Source: Candidatus Acidiferrum sp.
GTDB lineage: Bacteria; Vulcanimicrobiota; Vulcanimicrobiia; Vulcanimicrobiales; Vulcanimicrobiaceae
Length of the DNA: 47,105 bases
Reading direction: 5' to 3'
NCBI GenBank assembly: GCA_035486535.1
Contig: DATHMY010000119.1
Span: forward strand, 1 to 47,105
The translations under genes and the position numbers were made by a program. The notes beneath the pieces are model-generated. The model saw only the letters and a program-made list of their open reading frames with translations, did not search any database and was not told where the DNA came from. This document shows, piece after piece, positions 15,741 to 22,654 of this stretch. Position 1 is the first letter of the stretch; each line of letters starts with the position of its first letter.

Positions 15741-18368
15741 ATGACTTCCGGTGCGATGGGCGAGTTCGAAGCCTCCGCGCTGCGCTCGTTCGCGCAACGC
15801 GCCGGGCGTGCTGTGCTCATCGCGGACGCTGACGGCATTTGCACCTACGCCAATCCCGCTTGGACGGCATTTACCGGCCTCGATCTCGAGCATTCGCTGG
15901 GGAACGGCTGGCAGCTCGCCGTGCACCCGTTCGATCTTCCGCAGGCACTGGATGAATTCTCGGCGGCGTCGCGCGGTACGGACCCGTTCGAAATCCGCCT
16001 GCGATTGCGTTCCGGGCACGATTCGTATGCGGTCTTTTCCGCAAGCTTCGTGCCGATTCGCGACAGCAAGGGACGCTTGCACGAGTGGCTTGCCATTTGC
16101 GACCGGGACGACCACGATCGGATCGGCGACGATCGGTTCTGGAATCTCGCTGACGCATTGCCGATCTTGGTTTGGACCACCGACAGTGAGGACCGGCTGA
16201 CGTTTGTCAACCGGGCGTGGTCGAACTACACTGGGTTGTCGTCGGGATCGACGATCGAGGAGCGCAACGCGCTCGTCCATCCGCTCGATTTGCCGGTCTT
16301 GATGCGCGCGCTGCGCAGCGGCCGTGCGGAAACGGACTTTCGGCTGCGTCGCCGCTCGGACGGAATGTACCGCTGGCACCTGCTGCGCTGGGTCCACCTC
16401 GGGTCGAGCGCGCCGTTCCATCGCATCGGTACGGCGATGGACGTCCACGATCAGCGCACCGCCCATGAGATGCGCGATCGGCAAATGCGCACGATCGCCG
16501 AAGCTTTGCCCGAGCTCGTTTGGTCGACCGACGCGCGCGGAGAACACGACTACGCAAACGACGCGATGATCAAATATGCTGGACGCACGTTTGCGGAGTT
16601 GACCGGCGCGCAGGCTTGGGAGGCGCTGGTCCATCCGGCAGACTGGCCCTCGACGCGCGAGCGGTGGCAACGCGCGACCGCAAATGGTGTGCCCTACGAA
16701 GTGGAGCATCGCTTGATCGGCGCTGACGGATGTGCTCGCTGGTTTCTTTCCCGAGGCGCACCGATGCACGACGAGGCCGGCGAGATCGTGCGCTGGTTTG
16801 GCACGAGCACCGATATCGACGATCAAAAGCGCATGTCGCAAGAGCAAGCTTACTTGGCCGAGCTTGGCCGTATCGTCAATAGCTCGCTCGAACTCGATCG
16901 TACGCTGCACCACATGTGCGAGGCCGCGATTCCGGTGCTCGCTGATTCGTGCCAAGTCGATCTCATTGTGAACGGCGTTCCTCGTACCGCAGCGTTTGCG
17001 CATTGCGGCGCGCGGCACGACGTGCCGGCGTCGCGCATTCGAGCGCACATCTACGCGGAAGCGCGCGCAGTGCGGTTCGTCGAGAACCTGAACGAAACCG
17101 TGCTCGAGACGATCGTGGTGCCGATGCACGTGCGCGGCAAATCGATCGGCGCGATATCGTTCGTGCGCCCGGCGGATTCCGACGTGTACGGCGCCGCCGG
17201 CATCGCGTTTCTCGAAGAGGTCGCTCGGCGTTGCGGGCTCGCTATTCAAAATGCCCAGCTCTATGCGCGCGAGCACCGCGTCGCCGACGCGCTGCAAGCT
17301 GCGTCATTACCGCGCCGCTTACCGCTTATCGACGGCATGGCGCTCGATGCGGTCTACGTGCCCGGCCGCAGCGAAGCGCAGATTGGCGGCGACTGGTACG
17401 ATGCGTTCGCGCTCGCCGACGGCCGCGTGATCGTATCGATCGGCGACGTTGCGGGAAGCGGGCTCGAGGCCGCCGTGACCATGAGCAGCATGCGCCAGAT
17501 CATTCGCGGCATCGCGCAGGTACACGCTGATCCGGTGTTGATGCTGAATTCGGCCGACCGCGCGCTGCGCATGGACGATCCCGACCGCTTTGTTACGGCA
17601 TTCGTCGGCGTGATCGACCCGATTGCGAGCACGATGGTCTACGCCAGCGCCGGTCATCCCCCGCCTTACATTCGACGCAGCGACGGAAGCCTGGATGAAC
17701 TCGTCTTCGTCGATCTGCCGCTCGGCTTGCGCGATCGCGTTTCGATACGCGCCTGCAGTGTGAGCGTCGGCGACGGCGATTTGCTGGTCTTTTATACCGA
17801 CGGCTTAATCGAGTCGCAGCGCGATCTCGAGGGGGGCGTGCGACTACTGCGCGCCACGCTCGCCGACGCGCAAATCGACGCGGTCGACCATCCTGCGGCG
17901 TTCATTCGGCAACGAATGCTTGCGGACGGGGCGCGCGATGACGTCGCGATTCTGACCTTGCGCATGCATCGCGATCAACGCGTGGGCAACATGCGCCGCT
18001 GGACGTTTGCAAGCCTCGACGCTGACGGCCTTTCGCGGATGCGACGCGAGGTTCGCGCCTTGCTCATCGGCTACGGCCTCTCCGAGCTGCGCTTGGAAAC
18101 TGCCGAACTCGTGCTCGGCGAGCTGGCCGGTAACATCGTGCGTCATGCACCCGGTGCGGTCGAGTTCGTGCTTGACAACACCGGCGGCGATCTCGTCTTG
18201 CACGTCATCGACGAAGGCCCGGGTTTTGAACGCGCACCGATGCTACCGATTGACGTGATGAGCGAGTCCGGTCGCGGACTGTTCATCGTTTCTGAACTGA
18301 CGCGTGAGTTCAGCGTAACAAAACGGCACCCGCGTGGAAGTCACGCGCGTGCCGTCTTGGTGAAATAG
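15741..18368 (+). CDS. multidomain PAS-PAS-PAS-GAF-PP2C(SpoIIE/RsbU-type phosphatase)-HATPase (RsbW/SpoIIAB-like Ser kinase) protein
   Basis: 875 aa with three PAS-like repeats (ANPAWTAFTG, VNRAWSNYTG, ANDAMIKYAG). PP2C motifs: GGDWYDAF and IGDVAGSGLEAA. The C-terminus ELVLGELAGNIVRHAP...VIDEGPGF...GRGLFIVSELT is anti-sigma-kinase-like. Confidence 0.88.
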   Translation: MTSGAMGEFEASALRSFAQRAGRAVLIADADGICTYANPAWTAFTGLDLEHSLGNGWQLAVHPFDLPQALDEFSAASRGTDPFEIRLRLRSGHDSYAVFSASFVPIRDSKGRLHEWLAICDRDDHDRIGDDRFWNLADALPILVWTTDSEDRLTFVNRAWSNYTGLSSGSTIEERNALVHPLDLPVLMRALRSGRAETDFRLRRRSDGMYRWHLLRWVHLGSSAPFHRIGTAMDVHDQRTAHEMRDRQMRTIAEALPELVWSTDARGEHDYANDAMIKYAGRTFAELTGAQAWEALVHPADWPSTRERWQRATANGVPYEVEHRLIGADGCARWFLSRGAPMHDEAGEIVRWFGTSTDIDDQKRMSQEQAYLAELGRIVNSSLELDRTLHHMCEAAIPVLADSCQVDLIVNGVPRTAAFAHCGARHDVPASRIRAHIYAEARAVRFVENLNETVLETIVVPMHVRGKSIGAISFVRPADSDVYGAAGIAFLEEVARRCGLAIQNAQLYAREHRVADALQAASLPRRLPLIDGMALDAVYVPGRSEAQIGGDWYDAFALADGRVIVSIGDVAGSGLEAAVTMSSMRQIIRGIAQVHADPVLMLNSADRALRMDDPDRFVTAFVGVIDPIASTMVYASAGHPPPYIRRSDGSLDELVFVDLPLGLRDRVSIRACSVSVGDGDLLVFYTDGLIESQRDLEGGVRLLRATLADAQIDAVDHPAAFIRQRMLADGARDDVAILTLRMHRDQRVGNMRRWTFASLDADGLSRMRREVRALLIGYGLSELRLETAELVLGELAGNIVRHAPGAVEFVLDNTGGDLVLHVIDEGPGFERAPMLPIDVMSESGRGLFIVSELTREFSVTKRHPRGSHARAVLVK

Positions 18369-18376
18369 CGAACGTT

Positions 18377-18646
18377 TTAGCGGCGCAGGCCGAGGTCACC
18401 GATCAGCGCACGGTAGCGCTCGAGATCTTTTTTCTGGAGGTAGCTCAGTAGACGGCGCCGTTGACCGACCTGCAAGAGCAGACCGCGTCGGCTGTGGTGG
18501 TCCTTTTTGTGGACCTTGAGATGGTCGGTGAGCTGATTGATCGATGCGGTGAGGATCGCGATCTGCACTTCGGCCGAACCGGTATCATTCGAACCACGGC
18601 CGTACTTGGCGGCGATCTCCGCTTTTTGTTCTTTGTTGAGAGGCAC
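18377..18646 (-). CDS. rpsO: 30S ribosomal protein S15
   Basis: 89 aa, [57 protein letters not shown].... GTG start with SD TAAGGAG. Confidence 0.97.
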   Translation of the reverse strand: MPLNKEQKAEIAAKYGRGSNDTGSAEVQIAILTASINQLTDHLKVHKKDHHSRRGLLLQVGQRRRLLSYLQKKDLERYRALIGDLGLRR

Positions 18647-18739
18647 GAAACGTTGCTCCTTAGTGTCAGGATAGTCTCGCTCGGGTACAGGGCTCGCGGC
18701 CTTGCCTAGCGGCTACGGCTCCGTCCCGGCGACCGGCGT

Positions 18740-18768
18740 AGCATAGCAAAGACCCCCGGGTCCCGCAA
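18740..18768 (-). promoter_or_regulatory. candidate sigma70-type promoter for rpsO (TTGCGG-17 nt-TATGCT)
   Basis: Read on the minus strand, the -35 lies at 18768-18763 and the -10 at 18745-18740, with an exact 17-nt spacer. This would give a ~87-nt GC-rich leader. The call rests on pattern match only. Confidence 0.3.
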
Positions 18769-18777
18769 GTCCAAAGG

Positions 18778-19185
18778 TTAGTCCCGGACCGGCGTCGGCT
18801 TCCCGGCCTCGTCGATCGCCACGAACGTGAAGGTCCCGGCGGTCGAGAGGCGACGCCGGCCGCTAGCCGGCTCCTCGGCCCAGAGCTCAACTGCGACACC
18901 CAACGAGGTGCGGCCGACCTTCACGATCCTGGCCACGACCTCGACGAATTCGCCGACCCGGATTGGCTCTTTGAAGTCGAGCCGGTCGATCGAGGCGGTC
19001 ACCACCGCTTTGCGGCATGCGCGCATCGCCGCGATGGCGCCAACCTCGTCCATGATGGCGACCGCCTTGCCACCAAAGAGGGTGCCGTGCGTGTTGGCAT
19101 CTTCTGGGAACACCAGCTGCGTGCGGCGTTCAACGATTGCTTCCATCGGATCCATATCGCGCAAGAGTTTTTGCTCGCGCCGCAC
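18778..19185 (-). CDS. acyl-CoA thioesterase (hotdog fold, YciA-like)
   Basis: 135 aa. VFPEDANTHGTLFGGKAVAIMDEVGAIAAMR and VVTASIDRLDFKEPIRVGEFVEV are typical of the family. GTG start. Confidence 0.85.
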   Translation of the reverse strand: MRREQKLLRDMDPMEAIVERRTQLVFPEDANTHGTLFGGKAVAIMDEVGAIAAMRACRKAVVTASIDRLDFKEPIRVGEFVEVVARIVKVGRTSLGVAVELWAEEPASGRRRLSTAGTFTFVAIDEAGKPTPVRD

Positions 19186-19218
19186 AACCCCGCTACAGTT
19201 GTAACTAGGAGGGCATCG

Positions 19219-19986
19219 GTGGACTTAGGTATTCGCGGGCGCGTGGCGCTCATTACCGGCGCAAGCGCGGGCATCGGCGAGGCGATCGCGCTCTCACTCG
19301 CGGCCGAAGGCGTTTCGCTTGCGGTAGCGGCGCGACGCAAAGACAAACTCGAGTCGGTAGCGCAGCGCGCGAAAGACGCAGGCGCCACCGATGCGCGCGC
19401 CTTCGAGGTTGATCTCACTGACTCGAAGTCGATTGCCAAACTACTCGCCGCGGTGAACGACGCGTATGGATCGATCGGCATCCTCGTGCTCAACGGCGGT
19501 GGTCCCAAGCCCGGAACCTACAGCAAGATATCGCTGGACGATTGGGACGCGGGTTACCGCGGCGTGTTGCGAAGCATGATCGAGTTGACTAACGGCGCGT
19601 TGCCCGGCATGGCGGCCGAGCAATGGGGACGCATCGTCGCGCTCACGTCGACCTCGGTCAAACAGCCGATTGCGAATCTCACGCTTTCGAACGCGTTTCG
19701 TACCGCGCTCGTCTCTTCGCTCAAGACCTTGTCGTTCGAAGTCGCCAAAGACGGTATCACGGTCAATTCGATTGCAACCGGACGGGTCGATACCGATCGC
19801 TTGCGGCAGTTGTACCCGGGTGCAGGCGCGATGGAGACGGCGGCCGCCGCAGACGTTCCGATCGGGCGTGTCGCGACCCCGCAAGAGTTTGCGCCGTTGG
19901 TGACGTTCTTGTGCAGCGAAGCCGCGCGTTATGTGACCGGTCAGACGATCGCAATCGACGGCGGCTTGACCCGCGCGCTGTTCTAG
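19219..19986 (+). CDS. SDR-family oxidoreductase-like protein, atypical active site
   Basis: GTG 19219 is preceded by AGGAGGG. TGASAGIG Rossmann motif. The YxxxK position aligns to SNAFR (Tyr replaced by Ser, Lys by Arg) ahead of the conserved GITVN. The longer track ORF overlaps the thioesterase gene. Confidence 0.8.
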   Translation: MDLGIRGRVALITGASAGIGEAIALSLAAEGVSLAVAARRKDKLESVAQRAKDAGATDARAFEVDLTDSKSIAKLLAAVNDAYGSIGILVLNGGGPKPGTYSKISLDDWDAGYRGVLRSMIELTNGALPGMAAEQWGRIVALTSTSVKQPIANLTLSNAFRTALVSSLKTLSFEVAKDGITVNSIATGRVDTDRLRQLYPGAGAMETAAAADVPIGRVATPQEFAPLVTFLCSEAARYVTGQTIAIDGGLTRALF

Positions 19987-20000
19987 CCGCAAGCGAACCA

Positions 20001-20318
20001 GTGGAATTCATTCGCGTCGCCGACGTCGCCGCGGTTCCGCCGGGGAGTTCGCGCGTGTTTACCGTCGGGCGCTATGACGTTGCGTTGTTCAATGTCGGCG
20101 GCGCGTTTTACGCGCTCGAAAATGCGTGTCCGCATCAGGGCGGCCCAATGGTCGACGGTTGGGTGATGAACCTCACCGTCTCGTGCCCGTGGCATGCGTG
20201 GTGTTTCGATATGCGCACCGGCAGAATGACACTAGGTGATTTTGCGGTCATTCCCTGCTTCGATGTGCGGGTGGAGCAGGACGGCGTCTATCTTTCCACG
20301 GAGCCGGTCCCGCGATGA
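20001..20318 (+). CDS. Rieske [2Fe-2S] domain protein (NirD-like small subunit type)
   Basis: The C-terminal part of track ORF 19623-20318 reads CPHQGGP...CPWHAWCF, with intact CxH/CxxH ligands. GTG 20001 is the first in-frame start after the SDR stop. Confidence 0.78.
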   Translation: MEFIRVADVAAVPPGSSRVFTVGRYDVALFNVGGAFYALENACPHQGGPMVDGWVMNLTVSCPWHAWCFDMRTGRMTLGDFAVIPCFDVRVEQDGVYLSTEPVPR

Positions 20319-20824
20319 TGAATGCGGATGAGCCGGCTTGGGATGGACGCGTCGGGACGGCCGGCGGGCCTGCCTTCGGTCGCGGGCTCACGGCGCTGGC
20401 TGCCGAGCGCGAGGTCAGTCATGGCCGGCTGGCCGAGGCGATCGGATTGCCGCTCGAACGGCTCGCGGCGTTGCTAGCCGGCAGCGAACGTGTCGGCGTC
20501 TCGGCACTCGCGCGGTTGGCGCAGGCACTCCGAACGCGGCCGATCGAGTTCTTACAGCGCACCGGCATTCTTTCGCTCGAGGTCTACGCGTTTGGGCTCG
20601 ATCCACTGTATTTTTTGCCGGACGGCCAGATCCGTTACGACGCTCGAATCTACATGCGGGAGATCAATCCGCGCCACCGCGTCCCTGAGGGGGACATGAC
20701 CAAACGCAATCCCGCGCTGGCGGCGGTCACGGCCGACGAACTCCTCGACGCGCTCGGCAAAATAGAGGTGGAGCTTGCTTACCTCCTTCGAGCAGCCGTG
20801 CAACAAACGGGTGGGACACTCTAG
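20315..20824 (+). CDS. XRE-like helix-turn-helix protein with uncharacterised C-terminal domain
   Basis: 169 aa. LTALAAEREVSHGRLAEAIGLPLERLAALLAGSERVGVSALARLAQAL resembles an XRE/Cro HTH. ATGA overlap with the Rieske gene. Confidence 0.55.
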   Translation: MMNADEPAWDGRVGTAGGPAFGRGLTALAAEREVSHGRLAEAIGLPLERLAALLAGSERVGVSALARLAQALRTRPIEFLQRTGILSLEVYAFGLDPLYFLPDGQIRYDARIYMREINPRHRVPEGDMTKRNPALAAVTADELLDALGKIEVELAYLLRAAVQQTGGTL

Positions 20825-20851
20825 CGGACGGAGCGAAAGACGGCCCCCACG

Positions 20852-21415
20852 ATGCAAGGTGTTGATGGAAAGCGAATCGCCGCGCTGATCGGCGACGGAT
20901 TTGAAGAAGCAGATTTATTCGAGCCACGCAAGGCGCTCGAAGAGGCCGGCGCAATTGTGACGATGGTCGGCATCGACGAGAAGGCGCGTACCCGCATTCG
21001 CGGCAAGCGTGGTCTCGACGATGGCCAAAGCGTCCGTGCTGAGGAGTTGGTTGTCGATTGCACGGCCGAGGATTTCGACGCGCTGCTCTTGCCGGGCGGT
21101 ACCTCGCCCGACCGGATTCGCACGAACAAAGAGGTCCAGCGGCTGGTGCGTGAGTTCGATTCGGCCAAGAAACCGATCTTTTCGGTGGGACACGGGGCGC
21201 AAGTATTGATTTCGGCGCAATTGGTGCGCAGCCGTCAAGTAACAGGCGCACACGCGATCGCCGACGACATTCGCAACGCGGGTGGACTCTATCGCGATCA
21301 GCCGACGGTCGGCGACTCGAATTGGGTCACGACGCGCGGCGCCGAGGACTTACCCCAGTTCAACCGCACGATGCTCGAGAAGCTTGCCGCTTCCGGAGCA
21401 GCGCTCTCAGCCTAG
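20852..21415 (+). CDS. DJ-1/PfpI (YhbO-like) family protein lacking the nucleophile Cys
   Basis: 187 aa that aligns along its length with my recollection of YhbO/PfpI (DALLLPGG, LPQFNR). The nucleophile elbow reads PIFSVGHGAQ where the family has AICHGP. Gly113 is encoded by GGA at 21188-21190. Confidence 0.82.
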   Translation: MQGVDGKRIAALIGDGFEEADLFEPRKALEEAGAIVTMVGIDEKARTRIRGKRGLDDGQSVRAEELVVDCTAEDFDALLLPGGTSPDRIRTNKEVQRLVREFDSAKKPIFSVGHGAQVLISAQLVRSRQVTGAHAIADDIRNAGGLYRDQPTVGDSNWVTTRGAEDLPQFNRTMLEKLAASGAALSA

Positions 21416-22074
21416 GTTAGCGGATCGTATCGCGCCAGCAACTCGCCATACTGGCGAAGCGCGACGAATCCAATGATGGCACACACGACCAATTCAGTGG
21501 CGACGCCGACGGCGTCGCCACTTTTCGTCGAATACGCGTCGGCGTACACGGCTAGCACGTAAGCGACGACGATCGTTGCGGCGGCGCAGGCGAGTGCGCC
21601 CGCACGCGCAACTCCCGCCGTCACGGTGGCATTGAGCGCGACCAGCGTACTCGCTAGCACGCATGCGATCGCCAGCAAAAAGAACGTCGGCGGCGCGGCA
21701 AACCCGCTGAGGAATTGCGCAGCCCAATAGACCAGCGTCGCAAGTGTCGCGGAAAGCACCGGCGCGAGCGCTTTGGCACGCGCGAGCTCGCGGCCGAAGA
21801 GCGGCGCGCTGCGTTCGGTGGTGTCGAGAAATGCGTGACGCCCGGGCCCTTGCATCAGCGCGATCGCGATGCCGATGGTAGAACAGAAGAACATCGGTCC
21901 TGCCAACCACACGCTGCGCGTCGCGACGTCAGCCGTCAACGGATCGGTGATTGCGGTAATGCCGTGCGGCTGCACGAAGCCGACGATCGCCGCGCCGGCA
22001 CACGAAAACACCAGCGATCGGCGCTCGGCGCGCAAGCGCGCGCCGACAACGGCACGCAACGCGCGTAGCGTCAC
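21412..22074 (-). CDS. polytopic membrane protein (about 6 TMS), unknown function
   Basis: 220 aa and hydrophobic. GTGA overlap with the upstream ABC-ATPase-like gene, and its stop overlaps the convergent DJ-1 stop (CTAG). Confidence 0.6.
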   Translation of the reverse strand: MTLRALRAVVGARLRAERRSLVFSCAGAAIVGFVQPHGITAITDPLTADVATRSVWLAGPMFFCSTIGIAIALMQGPGRHAFLDTTERSAPLFGRELARAKALAPVLSATLATLVYWAAQFLSGFAAPPTFFLLAIACVLASTLVALNATVTAGVARAGALACAAATIVVAYVLAVYADAYSTKSGDAVGVATELVVCAIIGFVALRQYGELLARYDPLT

Positions 22075-22598
22075 GACTGCACCGTCGTTTCCACGACCAG
22101 CACGGCGCAGTCCGATGCGGCAGCGAGTATCTGTGGCACGAATGCCGGATGCGGACGATCGAGAACGAGCAGCTGCGGTAAGGGGAGCAGTGCGCCGAGG
22201 ATCGGGTAGGCAAAGGCCTCGTGCATTCCCTCGAGCTGTTCGCGCAGGCGTTGCGCGCGCGACCGCGCCACCGCGGGATCGATGTCCCAGAGCGCTGCGC
22301 GGTATGCGACGTAGCGGGCAGCATCGATCTGCGAGAGCGGCAGGGGATCGTGCGGCACAAATGCGGCGATGCGTTTGCAGTGCACGGGCTGCACGCGCGG
22401 ATCGAATTCGCCGATCGTGACCGTCCCGGAGGTGGCGCGCGCGAGCGCCGCAGCCATCATGGCGAGGGCCTCGGCCTCAGGCGCGCTGCTGCAGGCTCGC
22501 GTCATATGATCGCCCGGCGCAAGGTCGAGATTCGACGGCGCGACGATCGTCTGCGCGCCGCGGACGTACGCCGCATCGCGAAAGCGCAAGATGTGCAT
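22071..22598 (-). CDS. ABC-ATPase-like protein, highly degenerate (no Walker A, no LSGGQ, Walker B Glu replaced by Arg) - pseudo-enzyme or decaying gene
   Basis: Starts at ATG 22598 (MHILRFRDAAYVRGAQTIVAPSNLDLAPGDH...SGTVTIGEFD...LLVLDRP). The overall ABC NBD layout is recognisable, but the catalytic motifs are replaced. The 397-aa track ORF is an artefactual N-terminal extension across the polX promoter and gene. Confidence 0.5.
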   Translation of the reverse strand: MHILRFRDAAYVRGAQTIVAPSNLDLAPGDHMTRACSSAPEAEALAMMAAALARATSGTVTIGEFDPRVQPVHCKRIAAFVPHDPLPLSQIDAARYVAYRAALWDIDPAVARSRAQRLREQLEGMHEAFAYPILGALLPLPQLLVLDRPHPAFVPQILAAASDCAVLVVETTVQS

Positions 22599-22654
22599 CG
22601 AGGGCGTTTTCGCCGCCGGGGGCGAAGAATCCGCAGGAGGTTCAAACACTTTCG

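Noticed and set aside
15666-17297. 543-aa ORF on the minus strand
   Set aside because: It lies fully antisense to the PAS-GAF-PP2C gene, whose domains are clearly recognisable. The product is Arg/Ala/His-rich low-complexity sequence with no motifs. This is the typical GC-rich antisense artefact.
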